DNA of 64,000 nt. Origin: Phormidesmis sp. Its GTDB lineage: Bacteria; Cyanobacteriota; Cyanobacteriia; Leptolyngbyales; Leptolyngbyaceae. The notes beneath the pieces are model-generated. The model was not told the DNA's origin. It searched no databases and saw only the letters and a program-made list of their open reading frames with translations. Position 1 is the first letter of the stretch; each line of letters opens with the position of its first letter. Positions 39,369 to 50,475 of the stretch are shown here, piece by piece. A program made the translations under genes and the position numbers. Location of the stretch: positions 2,080,001 through 2,144,000 of the forward strand of contig CBDFJR010000002.1 in the NCBI GenBank assembly GCA_965248535.1, read 5' to 3'.

Positions 39369-39383
39369 ACAGGTAAACAGCAA

Positions 39384-40601
39384 ATGGACTGGCTAGAAAG
39401 CGGAAAAATGGCAGTCAAAACGCTCACAGCAAATAAACTGCGAACTAGTTTAACCATGCTGGGGATGATCATTGGCAACGCCTCGGTGATTGCCATGATC
39501 GGCATTGGGCAAGGCGCACAGAAGTTAGCATCCGATCAGTTTGAGTCTCTGGGCCCCAATGTGTTATTCGTCGCTCCTGGCTCAAGCCAAGCTAGGCAGA
39601 GAACGACGAATGTGCCGAGAACGCTGGTGTGGGACGATGCGAAAGCGATCGCTTCTCAAGTGCCCTCGATCAAAGGGGTCGCGGCTCAACGTCAAACCCA
39701 GCTACCGCTGATCTATGGCGGCCGCAACCGCAGTTCTTTAATCACGGGCACCACTCCAGAGTTTCTGGTCGTGCGGGATTTTAATATTGCCAAAGGGCGA
39801 TTTCTCACCTATTTAGATTTAGAGCGAAATAATCGGGTTGCGGTGTTGGGTGCCCAAGTTGCGACCGATTTCTTTGGGGGAAAAGACCCGATCGGGCAAC
39901 AGATTCGCATTCGCAACGTTAGCTTTGAAGTCATCGGCATCATGCAGGCAAAAGGCTCTTTTTTGGGGAGCAATCAAGATGATGCGGTTTATGTGCCGCT
40001 GACCACTACCGCCAGCGTGCTCACCGGACGGACTTCTCCCTATGGCTTGGATGTCTCGATTATTTCGGTGTCTGCCAAAAACGAGGCTAGCGTCCCGGCG
40101 GCTGAGTTTCAGATCACCAATCTGCTGCGGCTGCGGCACAAAATCATCAACGAAGATGACTTCACCGTGCAAACTCAAAAAGACATTTTGCGAATTGTCG
40201 GCACGATCACAGGCGGGTTGACGGCCATGCTGGCGGCGATCGCAGGTATCTCTCTGCTAGTCGGCGGCATCGGCATCATGAACATCATGCTGGTGTCGGT
40301 CAGCGAACGCACTCAAGAAATCGGACTGCGGAAAGCGATCGGAGCCGCAGAAAGCGATATTTTAGTGCAGTTTATGATTGAGGCCGTGTTGCTCTCGGCA
40401 GCAGGCGGCGTGATCGGCACCGCAGTAGGAGTCGGTGGCATTTTATTAGTCGGAGTCTTCTCGCCGTTGAGTCCCAGCATTTCACCCCTGGCGATCGTGC
40501 TAGCGGTCAGCGTTTCTGGCTCGATCGGGCTAATCTTTGGCGTGATTCCGGCTAGACAAGCGGCAAAACTTGACCCGATCGTGGCCCTCAGAAGCGCTTA
40601 A
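39384..40601 (+). CDS. MacB/FtsX-type ABC permease
   Basis: LTMLGMIIG, VGGIGIMNIMLVSVSERTQEIGLRKAIGA. Confidence 0.93.
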   Translation: MDWLESGKMAVKTLTANKLRTSLTMLGMIIGNASVIAMIGIGQGAQKLASDQFESLGPNVLFVAPGSSQARQRTTNVPRTLVWDDAKAIASQVPSIKGVAAQRQTQLPLIYGGRNRSSLITGTTPEFLVVRDFNIAKGRFLTYLDLERNNRVAVLGAQVATDFFGGKDPIGQQIRIRNVSFEVIGIMQAKGSFLGSNQDDAVYVPLTTTASVLTGRTSPYGLDVSIISVSAKNEASVPAAEFQITNLLRLRHKIINEDDFTVQTQKDILRIVGTITGGLTAMLAAIAGISLLVGGIGIMNIMLVSVSERTQEIGLRKAIGAAESDILVQFMIEAVLLSAAGGVIGTAVGVGGILLVGVFSPLSPSISPLAIVLAVSVSGSIGLIFGVIPARQAAKLDPIVALRSA

Positions 40602-40628
40602 AAATCCCCTAATTCCCCAGGTTTTGCT

Positions 40629-41348
40629 ATGTCAAATCCCGTTATTATTCGCCTCGAAGCGGTCACCAAAACCTATGGTGCGGGTGAAACCGAAGTTCAT
40701 GCCTTGGCCGGAGTCGATCTCATCGTCGAGCAGGGTGAATATTGCGCCATTATGGGCGCGTCTGGGTCGGGCAAATCCACCATGATGAACATTATTGGCT
40801 GCCTCGATCGTCCCACTTCGGGGCGCTACTATCTTGATGGCGCAGATGTCTCGCAAATTGCTGACAAGCAGCTAGCCCACACCCGCAACTTAAAGCTGGG
40901 GTTTGTGTTTCAGCAGTTTCACCTCTTGCCTCAGCTATCGGCCCTAGAAAACGTCATGCTGCCGATGATCTATGCCAACGTCCCCCCCGATGAGCGACGC
41001 AAGCGGGCCACCGAGGCTCTGATCCGAGTTGGGTTAGAAAACCGACTCAACAACCGACCCAATCAACTATCCGGTGGGCAGCAGCAGCGAGTTGCGATCG
41101 CTCGTGCGATCGTCAATCATCCGGTGCTGCTGCTGGCAGACGAGCCGACCGGGGCGCTAGACTCTCAAACCACCAAAGAAATTCTTGCCATTTTCACCCA
41201 ACTCAATGCTAGTGGTATGACCGTGGTTATGGTGACCCACGAACCCGATGTAGCTCGCTGCACCGATCGGGTGATCTGGTTTAAAGACGGTCAGGTGATG
41301 CAGCCCTATCTGTCTCCAGCCGATTTGGGAACCGTGACAGCAGCCTGA
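40629..41348 (+). CDS. ABC ATP-binding protein (LolD/MacB-type)
   Basis: GASGSGKST, LSGGQQQR, LADEPTGALD. Confidence 0.94.
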   Translation: MSNPVIIRLEAVTKTYGAGETEVHALAGVDLIVEQGEYCAIMGASGSGKSTMMNIIGCLDRPTSGRYYLDGADVSQIADKQLAHTRNLKLGFVFQQFHLLPQLSALENVMLPMIYANVPPDERRKRATEALIRVGLENRLNNRPNQLSGGQQQRVAIARAIVNHPVLLLADEPTGALDSQTTKEILAIFTQLNASGMTVVMVTHEPDVARCTDRVIWFKDGQVMQPYLSPADLGTVTAA

Positions 41349-41372
41349 GTTCTCAATTTAACTCCTAGCCAA

Positions 41373-41807
41373 CTACCAGCAGCCAGAATTGACCGAGACT
41401 GATCGACCACTCGCCAGCCCCAAGGTCAGCTTGTTGCAGTGCAATGACTGCGAGGGGTGAGTCGGAACCAACAACCCCCGAACCGTTGTGGTTTGTCGGC
41501 TAGGAGCCACAATCACCGTTTGCGAATAGCTCATTCCCGGCGTAGAGCTAAACCCAAAACTATCGTAGGTCACGGTTGACGGAATAATCACGATCGATTG
41601 CGTCACGCCAAAGGGATCGATGTAGTTGGTCTGGGAGTAAACCGTGGTGTAAGTCGTTGGAGTCGGGACGGCCTTGACCGGGGCACCGCCAATATCAGCC
41701 GATGACGCGATTTCTACAGAATTGCGCTCTGCGCTCATCCCACGGACTGCCCAGAGCGGCGTAGCAATCATCGAACAGGCAATCAGCAAAAACAAACGGT
41801 TTAACAT
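41373..41807 (-). CDS. Secreted hypothetical protein
   Basis: Signal-peptide-like N-terminus, T/S-rich. Confidence 0.55.
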   Translation of the reverse strand: MLNRLFLLIACSMIATPLWAVRGMSAERNSVEIASSADIGGAPVKAVPTPTTYTTVYSQTNYIDPFGVTQSIVIIPSTVTYDSFGFSSTPGMSYSQTVIVAPSRQTTTVRGLLVPTHPSQSLHCNKLTLGLASGRSVSVNSGCW

Positions 41808-42036
41808 AACGCTTGTTGGGTTTGATAATAATTGTGATCCGTTTCACCCTGACTCAAGGCTAGCGCGGTCTAGCGATCGCTGCCACCTCTTTAATGGGGG
41901 TCTTTAGGCAACGCGCCATCATTCCTACACAAAATTTGAACGGCTACGTCTTCAGGATTTGGGTCTTTGCGTGGCATAATCTCAGGCAGAAACGAAACGT
42001 GAAACCCTTTTTTGATGGGAGTGAGGAGCTTAATCA

Positions 42037-42627
42037 ATGATTAATATTTATCTGAATCGATGCAACCCCGCGATCGCTGGCTTTGCCCTAATCGCCATCG
42101 CTGGCGCAGCCACCCCAGCCTTTGCCCAAACCCCCACCGCCGCCCCGGTGCTGACTGGGCAGTGCCGCGAAGCAAAAGTGTCTACCCCGATTTTTAGCCA
42201 ACGATCGTCCACCAGTTCCACGGTTTCGCTCCTGGCTACGGCTCAAAAAGTCACGCTGGCAGAAAACGCCGTCACCGATGGATTTATTCTGGTGAGTGTG
42301 CCGAATAAGGGCTATGTGCAAGCGGTTAACCTCAGACCCTGCTCTGGCGTGCCCACCCCAACCCCCACTCCGGCTCCTGGCGATAAAGGGCTGTGCCGCC
42401 GGGTCACTCAGACCAAAGGGTTAATTATTCGTCAAGGGCCTAACACCACTTCGGCGATCGTGGGCGGTGCCGACTTTAACAGCCAAGTTTTTGTCACCGC
42501 AAACCCCGCAACATCCAGCACTGCCTCAGATGGTCGTGTTTGGGTGCAGATTGCTAAACCCGCAGCAGGTTGGATTTCTAATGGCTTTAAAGACGATCCC
42601 AGCAGCAACCTGGTGTTTTGCCAATAG
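42037..42627 (+). CDS. Secreted SH3b-like domain protein
   Basis: Signal peptide ending AFA; two domains joined by a PT linker; GLIIRQGPNT...WVQI..GWIS. Confidence 0.75.
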   Translation: MINIYLNRCNPAIAGFALIAIAGAATPAFAQTPTAAPVLTGQCREAKVSTPIFSQRSSTSSTVSLLATAQKVTLAENAVTDGFILVSVPNKGYVQAVNLRPCSGVPTPTPTPAPGDKGLCRRVTQTKGLIIRQGPNTTSAIVGGADFNSQVFVTANPATSSTASDGRVWVQIAKPAAGWISNGFKDDPSSNLVFCQ

Positions 42628-42834
42628 AGCAGCGACTGGCTAACTCAGGTAGAAACCTTCGCAAAAACCTGGATCGTCTGCCTGATCCAGGTTCAACTTT
42701 GCCTGTTAGCATCCCTCAATCTCTGCTGTTCGGGAGTAGAAATTGACTTAAAATTTAGTGCAGAGTTTTGTCAAGCTTTTGGAAGCTGTTGTATGAATAA
42801 AACCCTTTTAGAAACGGTTAAAGCAGAGATAGTG

Positions 42835-43119
42835 ATGTCAGTTGCTGCACCCGAAAAGATAAGTCAAACGGTGCAAAAGACCAGCCCCAACTATAAAGTG
42901 ATCGTGTTGAATGACGATTTCAACACCTTTGAACATGTGTCGGAGTGCTTGATTAAATACATTCCTAATATGACGGGCGATCGGGCCTGGAAGCTCACCA
43001 ACCAGGTGCATTTCGACGGGCAGGCAACGGTGTGGGTGGGTCAACTAGAGCAGGCAGAGCTTTATCACATGCAGCTTGGCATGGAGGGTCTTACTTTAGC
43101 TCCTCTAGAAACCGCTTGA
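42835..43119 (+). CDS. clpS: ATP-dependent Clp protease adaptor
   Basis: YKVIVLNDDFNTF, VHFDGQA. Confidence 0.93.
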   Translation: MSVAAPEKISQTVQKTSPNYKVIVLNDDFNTFEHVSECLIKYIPNMTGDRAWKLTNQVHFDGQATVWVGQLEQAELYHMQLGMEGLTLAPLETA

Positions 43120-43158
43120 ACGATAAACTCTAGGGAGGAACGCTAATAAGCACATAGT

Positions 43159-43449
43159 ATGGGAAATTCTAGCGGCAGGTTAGTGCTCAATCACTCCACT
43201 CATATTCCTGGCTTAATTTCCCGCCTAGAGAAGTTAGTCAAGCACGACGAAGTCAGCACCATTACGCCCGGTGTGATTGCCTCGGTGCGATCGCACTCTC
43301 CCCACTTCAAGCTCAAAGTCTCGGTGCCGATTAGAGGCGGCTATAAGCTGATTGCGCGTCAAGGCAAAACGGTGCAAGAGGTGTTTATCTTGACGACGCT
43401 GGCGCAAGACGTGTTAGAAGCGGCGATCGCTCAGGTGATCAAAAAATAG
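43159..43449 (+). CDS. DUF2103 family protein
   Basis: GRLVLNHSTHIPGL, TITPGVI, ARQGKTVQEVF. Confidence 0.8.
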   Translation: MGNSSGRLVLNHSTHIPGLISRLEKLVKHDEVSTITPGVIASVRSHSPHFKLKVSVPIRGGYKLIARQGKTVQEVFILTTLAQDVLEAAIAQVIKK

Positions 43450-43482
43450 CGATCGCACGGCTCTCCTACCCTTCTCTTAAAA

Positions 43483-43800
43483 TTACTCAGTCTGTTTGGC
43501 CCGACTCGAAAATCGGTGAAGCGGTAAACTGAGAGCGCAAGAAAACGTCAGCAAATAGGAAAACACCGCCGTAAACTTCAGGCTCAACGCGGCGATCTCC
43601 CAGTCAGGCGAGACCCACTTTTGGGCAGCGATCGCCATGCAGTGCACAATCCAATAAGCAAACGTCATCGAAAACAGCACCTGATTAGTGTTGTCAAGGT
43701 CATCGCCCTCGTCTGGACTATTCACTAAGATATAGAGACCTGCCACGCTTGCACAGTAGGAAAGAAGGTGTAAATGCTCGTGCCAAACCGGATGCGCCAT
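43483..43800 (-). CDS. Small membrane protein (three hydrophobic segments)
   Basis: 105-aa ORF filling the intergenic gap. Confidence 0.65.
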   Translation of the reverse strand: MAHPVWHEHLHLLSYCASVAGLYILVNSPDEGDDLDNTNQVLFSMTFAYWIVHCMAIAAQKWVSPDWEIAALSLKFTAVFSYLLTFSCALSLPLHRFSSRAKQTE

Positions 43801-43934
43801 GAGTGTTTTGTCGAAATTTATATTGAAAATCAGTCTAAAGGATGAGAGATTTACTTCTAAAAAATTCTTACAAACAGCAATATTTGACCCAGTTTGGTTA
43901 CAAAACTAAAGACATTTCCAAAACTAACGGTTGA

Positions 43935-44852
43935 ATGGATTTACCGCTCATCTATCACTCCGACTACGTTGCGCCATTGCCGATCGCCCATCGCTTCCCG
44001 ATGGCGAAATTTAGAAAACTTTACGAGATGCTGTTAGCCGATGGAGTGGTCGAGGCATCTCAGTTTCATTCTCCAGTGCGCGCTTCTCCAGAACAGATTG
44101 GCTTAGTTCACGAGGCTGACTATGTGCAAGCCTATTGCGACGGCACCCTGGATTTCAAAGCCCAGCGACGCATTGGGTTGCCCTGGAGTCCTGCTTTGGT
44201 CAACCGCACTTGTATCGCAGTGGGCGGCACCGTGCTCACCGCCGAACTGGCCCTTCAGCATGGACTCGCCTGCAACACGGCGGGCGGCACTCATCATGCC
44301 TTTCCTAGCTATGGGTCAGGGTTTTGCATTTTTAACGACTTGGCGATCGCGGCTCGTCATCTGCAAACTACCCAGCTAGTCGAGAAGATCTTAATCGTGG
44401 ATTTAGATGTGCATCAGGGCGACGGCACCGCCTTTATTTTTCGCGAAGATGCCAGTGTGTTTACGTTTTCAATGCACTGTGCGGTTAATTTTCCCGGCAG
44501 CAAGCAGCAAAGCGATCTGGATGTGCCCCTAGCTCAGGGCATGGAAGATGACGAATATTTGCAAACTCTAGCGGCCTATTTGCCAGATTTGCTGTCTCAA
44601 ATTAAGCCTGACCTGGTGTTTTATGACGCAGGCGTTGACCCACATCTGTGCGATCGCTTGGGTAAACTCTCGCTCACCGACACCGGATTGTTTCGCCGCG
44701 AGATGCAGGTTTTAACGACGTGTGTCTCGTTGGGTTACCCGATCGCCTGTGTGATTGGCGGGGGCTATGCCGATGATTTGGATGCTCTGGTCTATCGGCA
44801 TTCGCTTTTGCATCGGGCGGCGAGTGATGTCTATCGTCAATATCGGCTCTGA
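43935..44852 (+). CDS. Histone deacetylase family protein
   Basis: HRFPM, GGTHHA, GFCIFND, DLDVHQGDGT, AGVD, GGGY. Confidence 0.94.
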   Translation: MDLPLIYHSDYVAPLPIAHRFPMAKFRKLYEMLLADGVVEASQFHSPVRASPEQIGLVHEADYVQAYCDGTLDFKAQRRIGLPWSPALVNRTCIAVGGTVLTAELALQHGLACNTAGGTHHAFPSYGSGFCIFNDLAIAARHLQTTQLVEKILIVDLDVHQGDGTAFIFREDASVFTFSMHCAVNFPGSKQQSDLDVPLAQGMEDDEYLQTLAAYLPDLLSQIKPDLVFYDAGVDPHLCDRLGKLSLTDTGLFRREMQVLTTCVSLGYPIACVIGGGYADDLDALVYRHSLLHRAASDVYRQYRL

Positions 44853-44914
44853 TGGGAGAGGGCATGGCGTGCCATGCCCATACGATGGCGGTCTGAATCG
44901 GTTGGGGATGGGTG

Positions 44915-46150
44915 CTATGCTTTGAATCTTTCTGTGATCCGCTTCATGGCTTCGTTCACGTTGTCGCGGCTGTTGAACGCCGAGATGCGAAAATAACCCT
45001 CCCCGGCGGCACCAAACCCAGAGCCAGGAGTGCCGACCACATGGGCAGTGTTCAGCAATTTATCAAAGAAATCCCAGCTTGACAGATTGTGGGGAGTTTT
45101 GAGCCACACATAGGGCGCGTTCGTTCCTCCATAAACTGCCATTCCGGCCTGGGTCAACTGGTTGCGAATGATGGCAGCATTCTCCATATAAAAGCTGACC
45201 AGCGCTTTGATTTGCGCTTGTCCGGCCTCAGAATAGACGGCTTCGGCTCCGCGCTGCACGATATAAGACACGCCGTTAAACTTGGTGGATTGACGGCGGT
45301 TCCACAGCTTCCAGAGTTCGACATCAGAGCCATCGGCAGCTTTTGCGGTTAGGGTTTTGGGCACCACAGTTAAGGCGCAGCGAGTGCCCGTAAAGCCCGC
45401 ATTTTTAGAAAACGATCGGAACTCGATCGCGCAATTTCTCGCCCCTTCAATCTCATAGATCGAGTGCGGCAACTCAGGGTCACTAATAAACGCTTCATAG
45501 GCCGCATCAAAGAAAATAATCGACCCATGAGCATTGGCATAGTCAACCCACGCCTTGAGATGCTCTTTTGTGGCGGTGGCTCCGGTGGGGTTGTTGGGAA
45601 AGCAGAGATAAATTAAATCGACTTTTTGCGACGGAATCTGGGCGGTGAAATTGTTTTCTGCGGTGATCGGCAGGTAGACAAACCCTTCATATTCGCCTTT
45701 CTCGTTGGCTGCGCCTGTGTGACCCGCCATCACATTGGTATCGACATAAACGGGATAGACAGGATCGGTGACGGCGATCGTGTTCTGGTGACCAAAAATA
45801 TCCAAGATATTGCCCGAATCGCACTTAGACCCATCGGACACAAAAATCTCAGACGCATCCACGTCGCACCCGCGAGCCTGAAAATCGTGGGCAGCAATCT
45901 TTTCGCGCAACCACTCATAGCCCTGCTCAGGCCCGTATCCCTTAAACAGCGCCCGATCGCCCATCTCTTCGACCGCTTTGATCATGGCATCGCGACAGGC
46001 TTGGGGTAGAGGCTCGGTCACGTCGCCAATGCCCAGACGAATCATCTTTGCAGCAGGATTTGCGTCAGCAAAGGCATTCACCCGTCGCGCAATTTCAGGA
46101 AACAAGTAGCCTGCTTTGAGCTTTAGGTAGTTGTCGTTAATGGTTGCCAT
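44915..46150 (-). CDS. dapL: LL-diaminopimelate aminotransferase
   Basis: [36 protein letters not shown]. Confidence 0.95.
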   Translation of the reverse strand: MATINDNYLKLKAGYLFPEIARRVNAFADANPAAKMIRLGIGDVTEPLPQACRDAMIKAVEEMGDRALFKGYGPEQGYEWLREKIAAHDFQARGCDVDASEIFVSDGSKCDSGNILDIFGHQNTIAVTDPVYPVYVDTNVMAGHTGAANEKGEYEGFVYLPITAENNFTAQIPSQKVDLIYLCFPNNPTGATATKEHLKAWVDYANAHGSIIFFDAAYEAFISDPELPHSIYEIEGARNCAIEFRSFSKNAGFTGTRCALTVVPKTLTAKAADGSDVELWKLWNRRQSTKFNGVSYIVQRGAEAVYSEAGQAQIKALVSFYMENAAIIRNQLTQAGMAVYGGTNAPYVWLKTPHNLSSWDFFDKLLNTAHVVGTPGSGFGAAGEGYFRISAFNSRDNVNEAMKRITERFKA

Positions 46151-46322
46151 AGTCGGTGATAGAAAAAAGGGTTGAGTTCTCATTATTCCGCAGACGGGCG
46201 GCAGGGGCGAACCGGATCGGTTGTGAATCGCTAGTTTGGCAAATCTGGCGCTCTTCAGTCTTACCCTTTGGACTGAGACCCGGCGATCGGAGACCTCCTT
46301 AGAGCGCGAGTTAAATCACTTC

Positions 46323-46395
46323 GTAGGTTGGGTTGAAGGATGAAACCCAACACCTCAGCAATTGTTGGGTTTCGCAGAGCTTCTACCCAACCTAC
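46323..46395. repeat. REP/REPIN-like palindromic element
   Basis: GTAGGTTGGGT...ACCCAACCTAC outer arms; inner GAAACCCAACA/TGTTGGGTTTC arms. Confidence 0.75.
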
Positions 46396-46404
46396 AAAAT
46401 TCCA

Positions 46405-46555
46405 GGCGATCAGGCGATGGTCTTGGGATGCCGACCCTTGGGGGCGTGCCCCCAAACCCCCATTGGGGGACGGTTGCCTCCCCCAAACCCCCTGCAAACG
46501 AAATTTTGGTTAAGTGGTTCGACATGACTCCTTAGAGTTAGTTTGGTGGACTACT
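46405..46555 (+). repeat. MITE-like dispersed repeat, copy 1
   Basis: Aligns without gaps to 53896-54046; G/C-run hairpins TTGGGGGCGTGCCCCCAA. Confidence 0.85.
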
Positions 46556-46615
46556 GGATGAAGTGGCTGATCTCGTCTTTCAAATCATTTACGATCGGCT
46601 GATGACAGGACGCAT

Positions 46616-48094
46616 TCAGGTTTTGAGGTGATCTCTGACCTCTGATGATGGTTCGACTTCTGAGCGCTCAAGGGGTGAACTGTCTACGATCGCGGCAGCT
46701 TTTAACAGTCGCGACCCAATTAACAGCGTCAGCAGTGGAATGCCGATCGACACCATCGCCTTTAAAGCGCTGTGCCCTTGCAGGAGATATTGGGCGCTGC
46801 TTGATAGACCAAAAGCCAGACTGGTCAACCCAAACAGCCGAGCCTGGGGAATCAGCGCCGCGATCGTTAGCCCGATCGAGGCATACCACGGCATCAACCA
46901 CGGAGTCGCAAACAGCAGCAGCACTAGAGTCACCCAGCCCATATCTTCAACCAGATCAGACGGCGAATAGTGCAACTGGCGATAGCTGCGCCAAAGAGTC
47001 ACGCCATAAAACCCAGCAAACCCCAGCAAGGTCAAACGGGTAAAGATTAGCAGAATGGTCTGCTGTTGGCTCATGCCGATCGAGCCAGGAATCAAGATTC
47101 GCACCAGATCGAGTCCAAATCGCCCGATCGTGGGCAGTGATGATTGAAACTGTCCCACTACGCCGGGGTTGAGCAAGCTGCCCCAAGCATTAAACCCCGG
47201 AAGCTCTGACGCACTCAGCACTAAAATCAGCCCCAGCGAGGCTAGCGTAGTGTCAAGCAGCAGTTTCCATTGGCGTTGTCTGATCAAAAAAAGCGTGACG
47301 AGCGGCACCCAAATCAATGGAATGGTTTTCGATAAAAACCCACCCCACAAGGCGATAAACGACCCCCAATAACGCCGTTTAGCTAGACTGGCCATGAGAA
47401 CGATCGCGCTGGTGGACACCAGAACGTCAATGTGCGCCGAGCCGACCTGCTCCATTAACAAAAGTGGGTTAACGAGATAGGCGATCGCAATCTGATCGCG
47501 ATTGAACCGGGCATCAGATTCATCACGGGGCAACAGTCGCCAGATGACATAGCCGTTAAAAAGATGCAGCACCAGGCAAAAAACTTTGAAACTGTAAATG
47601 GCTAAAATCGGGTGGATCGAGAGAATCGCAGCGGCGATCGTAAACAAAAACTGTGAAATCGGGCCATAAGTAGAAGTTTGTCCCCAGTCTACAAAGGGCG
47701 ACAACTCAGAGACAAACAAGGCCGCACGAGTGATAAACGGGTTGACACCGCTCAGATTCATCAACCCTGAGTGCAGATAAAGATAGACATCATTGCCCAA
47801 GGGGTAAGCAATGAGCGCAATCACCCAGAAGACAGCGGTCTTTTTAAGAATGCTGCTAAACCTTAAAGTCGGAGGGCGACGATCGCGGGTTAAGAACCAG
47901 ACCAAGTAGACGATCGCCAGCCCTAAATAGCTACCGCCAATGGCGATTTGGCTGACGGGATCTGGAAACGTAGCAAATTTTTTGCCACCCGCAAGAATAT
48001 AGTGAAATTTATCTAGACCTAAATCAACGAGTGCAATGCTTAGATAAGTAGCGCAAAGCAGTGCCGTCGCGATTAGTACTCTAGCCTTTTTCAC
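46616..48094 (-). CDS. GT-C-fold membrane glycosyltransferase (DUF2029/GT87-like)
   Basis: Polytopic; NDVYLY, STYGP, NPLLLME..GSAHID, MPWY. Confidence 0.75.
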   Translation of the reverse strand: MKKARVLIATALLCATYLSIALVDLGLDKFHYILAGGKKFATFPDPVSQIAIGGSYLGLAIVYLVWFLTRDRRPPTLRFSSILKKTAVFWVIALIAYPLGNDVYLYLHSGLMNLSGVNPFITRAALFVSELSPFVDWGQTSTYGPISQFLFTIAAAILSIHPILAIYSFKVFCLVLHLFNGYVIWRLLPRDESDARFNRDQIAIAYLVNPLLLMEQVGSAHIDVLVSTSAIVLMASLAKRRYWGSFIALWGGFLSKTIPLIWVPLVTLFLIRQRQWKLLLDTTLASLGLILVLSASELPGFNAWGSLLNPGVVGQFQSSLPTIGRFGLDLVRILIPGSIGMSQQQTILLIFTRLTLLGFAGFYGVTLWRSYRQLHYSPSDLVEDMGWVTLVLLLFATPWLMPWYASIGLTIAALIPQARLFGLTSLAFGLSSSAQYLLQGHSALKAMVSIGIPLLTLLIGSRLLKAAAIVDSSPLERSEVEPSSEVRDHLKT

Positions 48095-48214
48095 GAAACT
48101 GTATACTTTGTTGAATAAATTTGCCTGAGCATATCATTAAGATTTTAAAACTGCAACCACACTTGCGGCAGATTCTATGTTAGGCATGACACCATCAGCC
48201 TCCACAAACGGGCA

Positions 48215-49258
48215 GTGCAGACGATTAGAGAGAGGGCGATCGTGAGTCAAACAAAGCGCCTATTTTTAGGAGGGGTGGCCGTCGCGACGATCGTGGCCCT
48301 ACTAGTCGGCGCTCATTTTTGGCTAGACCGCAGCATCGCTGCCAAAGTCTCTAATCGCGTCTGCATTCCCTCCTATGCCGAAGGGTTAGTGTGCTATGGC
48401 CAGCCTCAAGCGTTAACGACTGAGCAGACTACCAAGATTGCGGTCACTCTGGATGGCAAGATTTTGGCGAGCAGCACTCATGACATGATTCATCTATGGA
48501 ACCTAGAAACCGGAAAAGAACAGCACACCCTAACAGGACATCGCCATTGGGTGAGCGCCTTAGCCATCAGCCCTGATGGGCGAACCCTCGCGAGTGCCAG
48601 CCTCGATCGCACCCTCAAACTTTGGAGTTTAGAAACGGGCAAGCTCCTAAAAACCCTCTATTCAGGACGGGTGACCACCCTGGCTTTTAGCCCCGATGGA
48701 AAGATTTTGGCTAGCGGCAGTCGCTTGATGCGGTGGGCAGATGGCACCCTAAGCCGACCAGGAGTGCAGTTGTGGAACTTGACCACCCAAACCTGGCAAG
48801 ACACCATCGGCGATCAGCCCGTGGTCGCGATCGCCTTCAGCCCCAACGGGAAGCTTTTGGCTGCTGGCAAACAAAAAACTGATCTCTGGCGTGTCAGCAC
48901 AAAAAGGCTCTTATATAGCGTTAACTCTGGCGACCTGACGGCTCTAGCCTTTAGCCCCGATGGAGAAACTCTATTGACGGGCAGCAGCCGCATGAAGCTG
49001 TGGTCGATCGCTTCGGGGATGCTGCTCCACACGTTTGGCATCGGCGCTTCTGACTTGGCGCTCTCCCCCGATGGGCAAACGCTAGCGGCGGCTGTTGGCG
49101 GCACTGTGCAATTTTGGCAACCCGACACCGAAGATTATTTGGGAATGCTGCGCGGCTCATCCTATAGCGGGCTATCGGTCGCCTTTGGCTCAGGCGGAAA
49201 AACCGTGATCAGCAGCAGCAGTGATGGAATTCGCATCTGGCACCCGATCGTGGAGTGA
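48215..49258 (+). CDS. WD40-repeat protein
   Basis: Repeated GH...LAISPDG..LASAS.D.TLKLW units after an N-terminal TM. Confidence 0.92.
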   Translation: MQTIRERAIVSQTKRLFLGGVAVATIVALLVGAHFWLDRSIAAKVSNRVCIPSYAEGLVCYGQPQALTTEQTTKIAVTLDGKILASSTHDMIHLWNLETGKEQHTLTGHRHWVSALAISPDGRTLASASLDRTLKLWSLETGKLLKTLYSGRVTTLAFSPDGKILASGSRLMRWADGTLSRPGVQLWNLTTQTWQDTIGDQPVVAIAFSPNGKLLAAGKQKTDLWRVSTKRLLYSVNSGDLTALAFSPDGETLLTGSSRMKLWSIASGMLLHTFGIGASDLALSPDGQTLAAAVGGTVQFWQPDTEDYLGMLRGSSYSGLSVAFGSGGKTVISSSSDGIRIWHPIVE

Positions 49259-49355
49259 AGAGGTCTGAACTTGGCTTCTAACTCCCTCTAAAATGCCTGT
49301 GCGAAACCTCTGCAAACAGGTACAATTCGGGGTGATTGGCGTTGAGGGCAGGCAG

Positions 49356-50072
49356 ATGCGGGGAAAAAATCGCCAGAAGCACGCAAACAAAGGGTTTGTG
49401 GTTTTCAAAAATATAGGATTGATGTTGACGGGCAGTGCCCTGATGCTGACCGGGGTGGCCGTGGTCGGAGCGGCTCGATCGGGCGATCACTTTTTTACCC
49501 GCCTCCAAAGTTTTTTCAATCCGCCGCCGCCTCAGCCTAAAGTTGAAGTCCGATCGGTGGTCATTCAGCAAATTCGCAACGCGAGCGAACTCACAACTGC
49601 CGTCTTCACGATGGAGGCTGTGATCCCCACTCAGCAGGATGCTGCCGTCGGCGGATTTGTGGTGGGCACCACTCGACTGCTCTATATCGCCTACGGTGAG
49701 GTGAGAGCCGGGGTTGACCTGAGCGCTCTCACCCCTGATAGCGTCGAAGTGGTGGGTGAAACGCTGCGGCTGCGGCTGCCTCCGCCCAAGATATTAGATA
49801 GCAAAATTGATGTCAACCGCTCTAACGTCTATGACTATAATCGCGGGCTGTTAGGGCTGGGGCCCGATGTTGCCCCCAATCTTCAGTCTCTAGCCCAAAA
49901 AGAAGCGCTCAAAAAAGTCAAAGATGCCGCCTGCACTAATGGCATTTTGCTGCGCGCCAACGATCGGGCCAAACTCACCGTCACTCAACTGATCAAAATG
50001 CCCAATATTAAAGAGGTTGTGGTTGAAACCCAAGCTCCGGCGACCGCTGCCTGTCAAAATTCTCAACCGTAG
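49356..50072 (+). CDS. DUF4230 family protein (start uncertain)
   Basis: SELTTAVF, LLYIAYGEVRAGVDL, LPPPKIL. Confidence 0.85.
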   Translation: MRGKNRQKHANKGFVVFKNIGLMLTGSALMLTGVAVVGAARSGDHFFTRLQSFFNPPPPQPKVEVRSVVIQQIRNASELTTAVFTMEAVIPTQQDAAVGGFVVGTTRLLYIAYGEVRAGVDLSALTPDSVEVVGETLRLRLPPPKILDSKIDVNRSNVYDYNRGLLGLGPDVAPNLQSLAQKEALKKVKDAACTNGILLRANDRAKLTVTQLIKMPNIKEVVVETQAPATAACQNSQP

Positions 50073-50475
50073 CTGACGTTCTCTAAAGCCCTGTTTGGCC
50101 CTGAGATAACGTTTCGCCAGACGAATATTTTTCTCCGTATCTTCACGCCGAATTGCATCAACTGACCGTTTCCTCTTTAGTAGGATGGCAGGTTATGGAT
50201 TGAGTTTTTTGCTTAAGTATATAAGTCCCTAACGTGGGGATCACTCTCTAGACAGGTGATCCCCGCTTTACCCAACCTTAGAATTAGAATAGATAAATAG
50301 CCCGATCGATACTAAAAGCCAATCACCGTAAAGAGACCATTAAAGCTGATGACATCCGTTAAGCCGTTCGGTTAAGTAGTTTTAGATACCCTTCATTTTC
50401 ACCGCACCGATTCGTCAGCTCCTGATAGAGACTGGGATCTGCGGTCAAGGTTTAATAAATTGAGGACTTTTTAAA

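Noticed and set aside
46261..46527. ORFs of 78 and 64 aa
   Set aside because: They are translations of the REP and MITE repeats.
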